A DNA stretch of 64,000 nucleotides from Ferruginibacter sp. (GCA_035317105.1 DATHHR010000149.1:172-64171), one strand, 5' to 3'. Positions 9,490 to 17,690 are shown, counted from the first letter of the stretch. Made by a program: numbers and translations. The notes: generated by a model from the letters alone, not told the origin.

Positions 9490-10293
9490 ATGGAGCCACA
9501 GGATATCAGTGCCAATAGCGAAATAACACAATCTGCCATTGGCAACTATTTAAAGGAGGCTTTTAAAAGTGTTGGTGAGATCACACAATTTGGTGTTCGC
9601 TTTTTTAAAGAATTATTGCTGCCTCCTTATGAATTTAAAGCATTTTTTATTCAGTGCTATAAAATAGGAAACAAATCTTTGCCCTTAGTAGCTATAACCG
9701 GCTTTATAATGGGGCTGGTACTTACTTTGCAGGCAAGGCCGACCTTAGCAGAATTTGGAGCAGAATCCTGGTTGCCGGGCATGGTAGCTTTATCATTAAT
9801 AAGAGAAATTGCGCCGGTAATAACGGCGTTGATATCTGCAGGAAAAATAGGCTCGGGGATAGGTGCAGAATTGGGGTCGATGAAAGTAACCGAACAGATC
9901 GATGCGATGGAAGTTTCTGCGATCAATCCTTTTAAATATTTGGTGGTCACAAGAATTTTAGCCACCACTTTAATGATCCCGCTATTGGTATTTTTTGCAG
10001 ATGGCATTGGAATGCTGGGCGCTTATGTAGGCGTTAATATACACAACCATGTTACACTTATCAGGTTCTTTCACCAGGCAATATCAAAAATTAATTTCAT
10101 TGACATTATTCCTGCAACGATCAAATCGGTATTCTTCGGTTTCTTTATCGGCCTTATCGGTTGTTACAATGGATATACTGCAGATAACGGAACAGAAAGC
10201 GTAGGCAAGGCCGCCAATACTGCGGTAGTAATGGCTTCGCTCACCATATTTATAATTGATATGCTGGCAGTACAAATTATTGATCTTTTATAA
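9490..10293 (+). CDS. mlaE: MlaE-family ABC transporter permease
   Basis: 267 aa with REIAPVITALISAGKIGSGIGAELGSMKVTEQIDAME, the MlaE/Ttg2B signature. Confidence 0.9.
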   Translation: MEPQDISANSEITQSAIGNYLKEAFKSVGEITQFGVRFFKELLLPPYEFKAFFIQCYKIGNKSLPLVAITGFIMGLVLTLQARPTLAEFGAESWLPGMVALSLIREIAPVITALISAGKIGSGIGAELGSMKVTEQIDAMEVSAINPFKYLVVTRILATTLMIPLLVFFADGIGMLGAYVGVNIHNHVTLIRFFHQAISKINFIDIIPATIKSVFFGFFIGLIGCYNGYTADNGTESVGKAANTAVVMASLTIFIIDMLAVQIIDLL

Positions 10294-10301
10294 TATACAC
10301 T

Positions 10302-11087
10302 ATGCAAGTACAAGAATTACCCATACCCATCGCAACTGATAGTGGACTGATCAAAGATGTTATTCAGATCAAAAACCTGCATAAAACTTTTACAGACCGT
10401 GAGCATGAAGTATTAAAAGGAGTGAACCTTACTGTTGCAAAAGGTGAGAATGTTGTAGTGCTGGGAAAATCGGGAACAGGGAAATCGGTGTTGATCAAAT
10501 GTATTGTAGGACTGATGGCCATTGATGAAGGTGAAATAAATGTATTTGGAAAAAATATCAGTGAGCTAAGTGAGAAAGAATTGAACGATGTACGGGTTAA
10601 AATGGGTTTTCTTTTTCAAAGCGCTGCTTTATATGATTCTATGACAGTAAGAGAAAACCTGAATTTTCCATTGCGGCGATCACTAAAACATCTTTCTGCA
10701 AAAGAAAAAGAAGAAAGGATATTGGAGCAATTACATAATGTGGGATTAGAAAGCGCTATTGATAAAATGCCTTCGGCATTATCAGGAGGTATGCGGAAAA
10801 GAATAGGCCTTGCAAGAACACTTATTTTAAAACCTGAAATAATGTTGTATGATGAGCCAACCACCGGTCTTGATACGATCACTTCAAAAGAAATAAGCGA
10901 GCTGATATTATCAGTCCAGAAAAAAAATAAAACTACTTCCATCATTATTACACATGATATGGAATGCGCTAAATTAACTGCTGACAGGATAGTGATCTTG
11001 AAAGACGGATTCATAGTAGCCGAAGGAACTTATTCATCATTAGAAAACAGCCAGGACGAATGGGTGCGATCATTCTTTAATAAATAA
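10302..11087 (+). CDS. mlaF: ABC transporter ATP-binding protein (MlaF-like)
   Basis: Walker A GKSGTGKS, ABC signature LSGGMRKR and Walker B MLYDEP. Starts 8 nt after the permease gene. Confidence 0.9.
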   Translation: MQVQELPIPIATDSGLIKDVIQIKNLHKTFTDREHEVLKGVNLTVAKGENVVVLGKSGTGKSVLIKCIVGLMAIDEGEINVFGKNISELSEKELNDVRVKMGFLFQSAALYDSMTVRENLNFPLRRSLKHLSAKEKEERILEQLHNVGLESAIDKMPSALSGGMRKRIGLARTLILKPEIMLYDEPTTGLDTITSKEISELILSVQKKNKTTSIIITHDMECAKLTADRIVILKDGFIVAEGTYSSLENSQDEWVRSFFNK

Positions 11088-11090
11088 TTT

Positions 11091-11969
11091 ATGAAAAAAG
11101 ATATACATTATAAATGGAAACTCGGCATGTTCGTAACAATTGGGTTATTGATCTTTATCGTTACGATCTATTTAATAGGAACACAAAAAAATATTTTTGG
11201 ATCTACATTCAAGCTGAAAACTGTTTTCAGGAGTGTAAGTGGATTACAGGAAGGAAACAATGTACGCTTTGACGGGATAAATGTGGGTACTGTTGATAAC
11301 ATACAAATAATGGCGGATACAGCCGTACTGGTTTCAATAGTAATACAGAAAAATGTGCAGCGTTTTATCAGAAAAGATGCAACAGCTTCTATCGGTTCCG
11401 ATGGATTGATGGGTGATAAAGTATTGGTAATAGGTCCGGGTACTTTTTCTCAACCATCGGTTGAAGACAATGCTTTTTTACAATCGGAAAACCCTATGGA
11501 TATGGATGAGATCATGGGAAGTGTAAAAAGTACGGCAGATAATGCCAAATTAATTACCGATCAGCTTGCTTTGTTTACTTATAAAATGAATAACAATAAT
11601 GGCTTGTTACATAAACTGATGGGAGATGAGGGGTTTGCTGATGACCTTAAAAGTACTATGTCTAACCTACAAACAAGCTCTAACAACTTTGCGAAATTCA
11701 CTGATAAAATAAACAGCGGGCAAGGAGCGATAGGTAAATTGACTGATCCAAAATTTGCCAATAAATTAGATTCAACGCTAACAAATTTACAGACAGGTAC
11801 AAAAGGGCTTAGCGATAATATGGAAGCAGCCAAACATAATATTTTATTAAGAGGCTATTTCAAGAAAAAGAAAAAGGAAGATGAAAAACGAGACAAACAG
11901 GTACAGGATTCAATAAAAGCCGTGCAACAAAATATACAGCCAAAGGGTAAAGCCGATACGTTAAAGTAG
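11091..11969 (+). CDS. mlaD: MlaD/MCE-domain protein with a long C-terminal coiled region
   Basis: N-terminal TM, an MCE-like core (VSGLQEGNNVRFDGINVGTV) and repetitive helical LxxT/S segments. Third gene of the operon. Confidence 0.85.
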   Translation: MKKDIHYKWKLGMFVTIGLLIFIVTIYLIGTQKNIFGSTFKLKTVFRSVSGLQEGNNVRFDGINVGTVDNIQIMADTAVLVSIVIQKNVQRFIRKDATASIGSDGLMGDKVLVIGPGTFSQPSVEDNAFLQSENPMDMDEIMGSVKSTADNAKLITDQLALFTYKMNNNNGLLHKLMGDEGFADDLKSTMSNLQTSSNNFAKFTDKINSGQGAIGKLTDPKFANKLDSTLTNLQTGTKGLSDNMEAAKHNILLRGYFKKKKKEDEKRDKQVQDSIKAVQQNIQPKGKADTLK

Positions 11970-12150
11970 TAAAGGATTCAACCAGTGCTCATTAATAATT
12001 TGAGATATAAACTTCTCATTTGGGGAAAACATTGCACAGGTAAAAACCGATAAAAGGCTCTATAGCGTTGAATTTACAAAGAAAAACAGATTGGCAGCGT
12101 TTTAGATATAAACAAAGTATAACAACATTCTTAATCAAAAAAATACAATT

Positions 12151-12420
12151 ATGAAATCGCAAAAAGTTATTGCCGGTATATTAATAGGTGCTGCTGCAGG
12201 CGCAGCGTTGGGCCTTTTGTTTGCTCCATATAAAGGTTCAAAAACAAGAAGAAAATTAGCCAGTGCAGGTGCCGATCTAAAAGATTCATTACAAGAGAAG
12301 ATCGAAGATTTTGTTGAAACGATCACGGATCAGTTTCAAAGCACTAAAAAAGAATTAACGGAACTAGGCAAAGAAAAAATGGCAAGCGTTAAAGCAAATG
12401 CAAAACATGCTTTGTCTTAA
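12151..12420 (+). CDS. YtxH-domain protein
   Basis: 89 aa with IAGILIGAAAGAALGLLFAPYKGSKTRRKL, the typical YtxH N-terminus, followed by a helical tail. Confidence 0.85.
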   Translation: MKSQKVIAGILIGAAAGAALGLLFAPYKGSKTRRKLASAGADLKDSLQEKIEDFVETITDQFQSTKKELTELGKEKMASVKANAKHALS

Positions 12421-12452
12421 TTCTTTATTGCTAAAACAATACAATTGCTATA

Positions 12453-12794
12453 ATGGAAAAACAACAAAACCATATCGGCTCATTGTTCGAAAAGGCAGAA
12501 GCATATCTTGAAACAAAGATGGAGCTATATCGGCTTCATGCAATTGATAAATCAACAACTATAGTTTCGGGCATTGTCGCAAGATTAATAATCGCGTTAT
12601 TCATTGCTTCCTGCTTTTTGATGTTTAGTATCGGATTAGCGATATTAATAGGACGAAGCATGGGAGAGATGTATTATGGATTTTTTATTGTTGCGGGATT
12701 CTATCTTGTTGTTATTATTGTTTTATATGCTTCGCGTGATAAATGGCTTAAAGCACCAGTTAGTAACCTTATTATAAAAAGCATCTTTAATTAA
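12453..12794 (+). CDS. Holin-X-like (holin superfamily III type) two-TM membrane protein
   Basis: 113 aa with an amphipathic N-terminus followed by two TM helices. This is the usual partner of YtxH genes in Bacteroidota annotations. Confidence 0.7.
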   Translation: MEKQQNHIGSLFEKAEAYLETKMELYRLHAIDKSTTIVSGIVARLIIALFIASCFLMFSIGLAILIGRSMGEMYYGFFIVAGFYLVVIIVLYASRDKWLKAPVSNLIIKSIFN

Positions 12795-12800
12795 TCATAT

Positions 12801-13217
12801 ATGCAAATCCATAACAGTGCTGGTCTGAAAGCTGCCATTCATCAGTTAGAACAAAAGCAGTTCATACAAAAAGAAGCGTTGATCGATCAATTTCACGAAA
12901 CGTATGAAAGCCTTAAGCCGCTTAATATTGTTAAGAGCGAATTTAAGAAGATCACCAATTCTATAACCGGTTCTTCGGAAACTAAAGGTACTATTCTTAA
13001 AACTGCACTTGGCCTGGGTGTAGGATTTCTTACCAAGAAAATATTCTTTCGCGGACCTACTAATATTTTAAAAAGATTAATAGGAACTGCTGTAGAGGCA
13101 GGTGTTGCCAAATTGGTTGCCGTAAATGCCGATAAAATAGTAGAAAAAGGAGTGGAGCTTAAAGATAAAGGGTTAGAAATTTTACATGCTTCTTCCAGGG
13201 ACGGAAGAGTTCTATAA
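12801..13217 (+). CDS. Hypothetical protein; third gene of the YtxH/holin-X-like triad
   Basis: 138-aa ORF starting 6 nt after the previous stop. No family recognised. Confidence 0.65.
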   Translation: MQIHNSAGLKAAIHQLEQKQFIQKEALIDQFHETYESLKPLNIVKSEFKKITNSITGSSETKGTILKTALGLGVGFLTKKIFFRGPTNILKRLIGTAVEAGVAKLVAVNADKIVEKGVELKDKGLEILHASSRDGRVL

Positions 13218-13236
13218 ATCAAATTAAACATAAATT

Positions 13237-13404
13237 ATGAAAAAGACTTTATTAGCCGCGATAGTTATGTTGACAGCTTTTGCGACCATATCAAGTGGTT
13301 GTTACGAGGATCGTTATTATCACGAGCACCATCGCCATACGGATGAATATTATCACCGTCATCACCAGGCACCGCCTGCTGATGTGCAGATAGATGTTCG
13401 GTAA
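13237..13404 (+). CDS. His/Tyr-rich mini-lipoprotein, 55 aa; below the ORF-track cutoff
   Basis: Hand translation gives MKKTLLAAIVMLTAFATISSGCYEDRYYHEHHRHTDEYYHRHHQAPPADVQIDVR. It has a lipobox-like SSGC and is followed by a terminator hairpin. Confidence 0.55.
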   Translation: MKKTLLAAIVMLTAFATISSGCYEDRYYHEHHRHTDEYYHRHHQAPPADVQIDVR

Positions 13405-13426
13405 GCGAATGTTAGTCAAATTAATT

Positions 13427-13461
13427 AAGAAGCCGGGTGATTTGCCTGGCTTCTTTTATTT
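13427..13461 (+). terminator. Rho-independent terminator
   Basis: 11-bp stem aagaagccggg / cctggcttctt (one G-U pair) followed by tttatt. Confidence 0.6.
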
Positions 13462-13557
13462 AAATATTAATTTTTATTAAATAAGAGAGACCAATGGGTA
13501 TTGGCACGTTTTTGCTGCTATCAAACAAAACAATTATTCACATTAAAAACGACAATT

Positions 13558-13938
13558 ATGAAAAACGATAATTTTGAAACAACTAACATGGATGCATTTG
13601 AGGATACACGTTTTTATGCTGCGGGCAGAGAAACCGATCCTATTGTTAATGGCAACGATGATGATGAACTGAACCAGGATGATATTACGCCGGAAGATAT
13701 AGCACTACTGGACGCAACAGATTATGACAGCTCAACTGATAGCGATGATGAAGACCTGGATAATGCAGAACTGGATGACACGGATGAAGACGGCGAGGAA
13801 TTGAATGAAAAGAGCTCTGCCAGCGATTTTTCTGGCGAAGACCTGGATGTGCCAGGATCTGAAGATGATGATGAAGACGAGAATATCGGGGAAGAAGACG
13901 AAGAGAATAACAGCTACAGCGAAGCTGATACAGAATAA
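13558..13938 (+). CDS. Highly acidic, probably disordered protein
   Basis: 126 aa counted from the internal ATG (MKNDNFETT). By my count 52 of the 126 residues are D or E. Confidence 0.65.
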   Translation: MKNDNFETTNMDAFEDTRFYAAGRETDPIVNGNDDDELNQDDITPEDIALLDATDYDSSTDSDDEDLDNAELDDTDEDGEELNEKSSASDFSGEDLDVPGSEDDDEDENIGEEDEENNSYSEADTE

Positions 13939-13959
13939 GTAACTTATAAATTATTTGTT

Positions 13960-14109
13960 ATGATAAAGAAACTAAAATCCGGACAATACAGGATATACTC
14001 CATTCATAAGGATCCTAAAACGAATAAGCGAAAGAACCTGGGGACTTTCGACTCATTGGAAAAAGCTAAAAAGCACGAACAGGAAATTCAATATTTCAAA
14101 CATCATTAG
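13960..14109 (+). CDS. Basic 49-aa mini-protein; below the ORF-track cutoff
   Basis: Hand translation gives MIKKLKSGQYRIYSIHKDPKTNKRKNLGTFDSLEKAKKHEQEIQYFKHH. It starts 21 nt after the acidic gene and a strong terminator follows. Confidence 0.6.
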   Translation: MIKKLKSGQYRIYSIHKDPKTNKRKNLGTFDSLEKAKKHEQEIQYFKHH

Positions 14110-14121
14110 CATCATTTGAAT

Positions 14122-14152
14122 AAAAAACCGGCTACATATGCAGCCGGTTTTT
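14122..14152. terminator. Bidirectional terminator
   Basis: aaaaaaccggct...agccggttttt: A-tract, 8-bp stem, T-tract. Lies between convergent genes. Confidence 0.7.
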
Positions 14153-14181
14153 AAATGTCTTGTTGTATCATTTATCTTGAT

Positions 14182-14652
14182 TTAAGAGAACCTGTATGTT
14201 TTTGAATAATCATTTGCCGGCCAGAATAGCTGGCTTAAAATGTTCATTATTTTTCCATTCAGTGGTGTGGTGAATTTCTTTTCAAAATACTCCGCCTGCA
14301 TAATAGTCAGTTTAACCAAAACTACTTTTTCTTCTAATGGAGAAACAATAAGTTCGTTATCGCTTTTAACGATGGATGCTTTTCCTCCAATTCGTAAACG
14401 GCACTCACTCCCTTTTTGATAATATTCAAGGTATGCATAGAACTGTTCATTAATATTTTTTGCGTAATCATCATTAGTACATGATGTAAAGAACCAAATG
14501 TTTCCATGGTCATCGGTTTTAATTGTTGAAATAATATTATTGGGAAGTGTCAAAACAGAATCGATCTCTGCTTTGAACATGGCTATTTTTATCTCTTGTA
14601 TCTTCTTGCGAAGGAAGCCAAGGTTTTTATCTTTTGTTATCATAATTGACAT
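14182..14652 (-). CDS. Pyridoxamine-5'-phosphate-oxidase-like / general stress protein 26 family protein
   Basis: 156 aa. It shares the GNIWFF motif and overall layout with 17184..17690. Confidence 0.7.
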   Translation of the reverse strand: MSIMITKDKNLGFLRKKIQEIKIAMFKAEIDSVLTLPNNIISTIKTDDHGNIWFFTSCTNDDYAKNINEQFYAYLEYYQKGSECRLRIGGKASIVKSDNELIVSPLEEKVVLVKLTIMQAEYFEKKFTTPLNGKIMNILSQLFWPANDYSKTYRFS

Positions 14653-14784
14653 GTTTTTGATTATAGTGTATAATTCAAACCTTGTACCAATTTATAATGG
14701 GTACTTATAAAGCCTTAATGGGTGCGGTTTGTAGAGCCTGTTCCTCACTATTGTAGAAAAGAGATACGTATATGGGATATACGT

Positions 14785-14829
14785 AATAAACAAAAGAGCA
14801 GATCCGGATATCATCCAAACCTGCTCTTT
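14785..14829 (-). terminator. Terminator of the second ytxH-like gene
   Basis: On the minus strand, the 9-bp stem aaagagcag/ctgctcttt is followed by ttgtttatt. Confidence 0.5.
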
Positions 14830-14862
14830 AAAAGTGGTGTTACTAAACACTACTTCAATCTC

Positions 14863-15135
14863 TTACGAAGCATATTCTCTGTCAAATTCTTCTTTTGCAG
14901 TGGCTGTTTTTTGCCTACCAAACTCCATGGCATTTTCTTTCATTGCTTCGTAATTGCTTGTTACGGCTTCTGCTACTTTACCATAGCCTTCTTTAATAGC
15001 ATCCGTTAGTTCACTGCTTTTTTGAGCAATTTTTGCTCTTGTTTCAGATCCCTTATCCGGCGCAAATAAAACGCCCAAAATAGCGCCAGCAGCAGCGCCG
15101 GCCAATATTCCTGTAATTAATTTTCCTGTTGACAT
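14863..15135 (-). CDS. YtxH-domain protein (second copy)
   Basis: 90 aa with ITGILAGAAAGAILGVLFAPDKGSETRAKI. Confidence 0.85.
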   Translation of the reverse strand: MSTGKLITGILAGAAAGAILGVLFAPDKGSETRAKIAQKSSELTDAIKEGYGKVAEAVTSNYEAMKENAMEFGRQKTATAKEEFDREYAS

Positions 15136-15380
15136 GATGGTAGTTTTTAATGATTAACAATTGTTTCATATAAGTATTCCAAAATGCAGCCAAAGTTTAT
15201 TGAGTAGGTCTATGACCTGTAATTCTTTGCTGTAAAGAGTTTTATATGATTTGTCTTTTATGGATCAGATAAATTCCGTGGATTGTTTTCTACCATCTGA
15301 GGAATTTTAAGAACGTGTACCATACCTGTTTAATGGCATGATTATGTCATGGATACTATTTTAAACTTCAAATATTTTAT

Positions 15381-15554
15381 ATGAAAAAGCATTTAGTATT
15401 TACATCATTCATCGCTATGTTACTAACAATAGTTTTATCAGGTTGCCAGGTAATAGGAGGCATTTTTAAAGTCGGTGTCTTGAGTGGCATCGCCATCGTT
15501 GTTGCAGTGATCGCATTAATAGCCTATTTGTTAACAAGAGGAAGCAGCAATTAA
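15381..15554 (+). CDS. Small lipoprotein/membrane protein, 57 aa; below the ORF-track cutoff
   Basis: Hand translation gives MKKHLVFTSFIAMLLTIVLSGCQVIGGIFKVGVLSGIAIVVAVIALIAYLLTRGSSN, with a lipobox LSGC and a second TM helix. Confidence 0.5.
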   Translation: MKKHLVFTSFIAMLLTIVLSGCQVIGGIFKVGVLSGIAIVVAVIALIAYLLTRGSSN

Positions 15555-15696
15555 TATCCACAACGTGTTGACTAATTTCCCCATTTATGGCTATAGTTTA
15601 CAGCATTTGAAGTGGAAAATACTGGCAGGGTATTTTCGGTAATTAACTGATATATAACCCTTGATGGATGAGGGTATTACGAGAAAATTAACATTT

Positions 15697-17079
15697 ATGA
15701 AAAATAGTATTTTAGTTATAGACGATGATGTGGATATGTGTGTACTGCTAAGCAGGTTTCTTGATAGAAATGGATATGAGGTTGATACGTCTTATTCAGG
15801 AGAAGATGGTATTGCGAAATTTGAACAAGGAAAATTTGATATTGTTATCTGTGATTATCGCTTAGGCGATATGGAAGGAAAAGATGTTTTAACAGAGATC
15901 AAAGCACATAATCCAAATACCATCGTTTTGATCATCACGGGCTATTCTGATATTAAAATAGCATTAGATATTATTAAGCTGGGCGCTTATGATTATATAA
16001 CCAAGCCGCTTATACCTACAGAAGTTTTGAATGTGTTGAAATCTGCTTTAAGCAAACATGCTTCATTAAAAGTAGACAATGCGGGTGTTCTAAAAAAAGA
16101 TAACAATACGATCATTATTGAAGACGGAGAATTTTTAATTGGCAGATCAAAATTGTCTATTGAATTATTCCGGCAGATAGAAATTGTTGCTAATACAGAT
16201 TATAGCCTGATACTCTATGGAGAAAGCGGAACAGGTAAAAAAGTAACGGCAAAAGAGATACACAATAAAAGCAGGCGAAAAAAAAATACGTTCATTACAA
16301 TAGACTGCGGCAATTTATCAAAACAATTATCTGCACAAGATCTGCTGAAGTATATAGAAATGGCAAATGGCGGCACTTTATTTTTGGATGAAGTAGCTTG
16401 TCTGCCTTTCGAATTGCAAACCTACCTGCTAAAAGTTATCAAAGAAAGAAAATATATAAAGCCAGGTACAACTACTGATATACCATTAGACCTAAGGTTC
16501 ATCGTATCATCGCATGAAAACCTGCAGGAAGCATATCAGCAAGGGAGATTTATCGAAGAATTATATTATTTGTTCAACGAGTTCTCGATACATATACCGG
16601 CATTAAAAGAAAGAAAAGAAGATATTGTTCTTTTTGCCAATTTCTTTTTACAAAAAACAAGTGCGGAACTGGGTAAAAAAATTACAGGTTTTGAAAAAGG
16701 GATCCAGGAAATGTTTTACAATTATATATGGCCGGGCAATTTGCGTGAGCTCAGGAATGTGGTAAGGCGCGCAGTTCTACTATGTGTAGATAATGTTGTA
16801 ACGATTGAAACCTTGCCACAGGAAATAGTATTTATGAACGACCAATTGGAATCTTACGAATTATCCGGCGAACATAAAAAGATGGAACCGCAAATACTGC
16901 CGATGGGTAAAGATTTTAATTTGAAAGAAATGACAGCAAAAGCAGAATATGACGCTATCATGAAAGTATTAAAAGATGTAAATTTTAATAAAACAAAAGC
17001 TGCAGAGATATTGAATGTAGATCGTAAAACTTTATACAATAAGATAAGAACATATCAGAATACGATCACAGGAATTTAG
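15697..17079 (+). CDS. NtrC-family response regulator paralog with a degenerate AAA+ domain (no GAFTGA loop, arginine fingers lost)
   Basis: Its receiver and Fis HTH are very similar to 3972..5393, and Walker A (GESGTGKK) and Walker B (LFLDEV) are retained. About 15 aa spanning FGHxKGSFTGA are missing (CGNLSKQLSAQDLLKYIEMANGG). RVGG has become KPGT, and FREDLYHRF has become FIEELYYLF. Start placed at the ATG 15697 (MKNSILVIDDD). Confidence 0.9.
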   Translation: MKNSILVIDDDVDMCVLLSRFLDRNGYEVDTSYSGEDGIAKFEQGKFDIVICDYRLGDMEGKDVLTEIKAHNPNTIVLIITGYSDIKIALDIIKLGAYDYITKPLIPTEVLNVLKSALSKHASLKVDNAGVLKKDNNTIIIEDGEFLIGRSKLSIELFRQIEIVANTDYSLILYGESGTGKKVTAKEIHNKSRRKKNTFITIDCGNLSKQLSAQDLLKYIEMANGGTLFLDEVACLPFELQTYLLKVIKERKYIKPGTTTDIPLDLRFIVSSHENLQEAYQQGRFIEELYYLFNEFSIHIPALKERKEDIVLFANFFLQKTSAELGKKITGFEKGIQEMFYNYIWPGNLRELRNVVRRAVLLCVDNVVTIETLPQEIVFMNDQLESYELSGEHKKMEPQILPMGKDFNLKEMTAKAEYDAIMKVLKDVNFNKTKAAEILNVDRKTLYNKIRTYQNTITGI

Positions 17080-17084
17080 TAAAA

Positions 17085-17178
17085 GACGACCGACTACCAA
17101 CGACTGACCACCGCATCAAACTATATGATTCCACATAATTGTATGGTTTACGGTTGTCAGTCGTTGGTAGTTGGTCGT
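17085..17178. repeat. Long imperfect inverted repeat between convergent genes (REP-like / bidirectional terminator)
   Basis: Arms of about 27 nt, gacgaccgactaccaacgactgaccacc versus ggttgtcagtcgttggtagttggtcgt, separated by a loop of about 38 nt. Confidence 0.6.
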
Positions 17179-17183
17179 TATAT

Positions 17184-17690
17184 TTAAAATATGATATTTC
17201 CTTCAATACTGTCATCAGCTACTGTCTCTGTAAATGCACTAGTAAAGATCTTGAATAGGCTCACCATCTTATTATTTTTTGTATCCCAGTAATGGGCCTT
17301 TATTGGCCTCACTTTAATGATGGTCAGATCAGGATCATCCGCGCCGTTTTTAAACCAGGCTTTGGCAATAGGTGTCCACAGCCGCTGCGCCATCTCTTTA
17401 TCTATTATGATCGATGCCTGTCCGTAAACACTTAAATATTCTGCACCGCTTTTATTCGAATAAAATAACTGCACTTTATTATTGTATAAAATATCTTTAT
17501 TCTTCCCGCTGCTGCTACTGCTGAAAAACCAAATATTTCCTGCATCATCTACATCTAAAGTTCCCATTGGTCTTGTTTGCAAAGGCGCTTCATTTAAATC
17601 TGTAGTGAACATACATGTTTCAGCAGATATAACGATCTCTTTTATTTTACTTACAGCCTCTTTGTTTGATAGGTCTTTATGATCGCCCAT
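17184..17690 (-). CDS. General stress protein 26 / PNPOx-like FMN-binding family protein
   Basis: Contains TCMFTT, PMGTLDVDDAGNIWFFSS, AEYLSVYGQASII and IKVRPIKAHYWD. Start placed at the ATG 17690 (MGDHKDL). Confidence 0.85.
   Translation of the reverse strand: MGDHKDLSNKEAVSKIKEIVISAETCMFTTDLNEAPLQTRPMGTLDVDDAGNIWFFSSSSSGKNKDILYNNKVQLFYSNKSGAEYLSVYGQASIIIDKEMAQRLWTPIAKAWFKNGADDPDLTIIKVRPIKAHYWDTKNNKMVSLFKIFTSAFTETVADDSIEGNIIF

Noticed and set aside
12453-12794. Holin-family similarity as a hint of a prophage or lysis cassette.
   Set aside because: There is no endolysin, spanin, or capsid, tail or integrase gene nearby. The gene sits in a YtxH stress-type operon.
13502-13516. A sigma-54-like promoter TGGCACGTTTTTGCT lies 56 nt upstream of the acidic-protein gene. 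Weaker TTGGCA-type motifs sit 55-75 nt upstream of other stress genes (3422, 6274, 12091, 15193 minus strand, 15622).
   Set aside because: The best site has GG-N9-GC spacing instead of the invariant GG-N10-GC. The others lack a -12 GC at the correct distance. A reverse-strand candidate near 3323-3340 has GG-N11-GC. They could equally be -33 TTG elements of Bacteroidota sigma-A promoters. None is called as a feature, and a PWM scan plus TSS mapping is needed.
14722-15009. 95-aa plus-strand ORF.
   Set aside because: It has a GTG start, overlaps the ytxH-like gene antisense, and spans that gene's terminator.
15661-15696. Upstream TTG start giving a 12-aa N-terminal extension to the degenerate activator.
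   Set aside because: The paralog at 3972..5393 begins directly at the MKK..ILVIDDD receiver. The ATG at 15697 reproduces that N-terminus.
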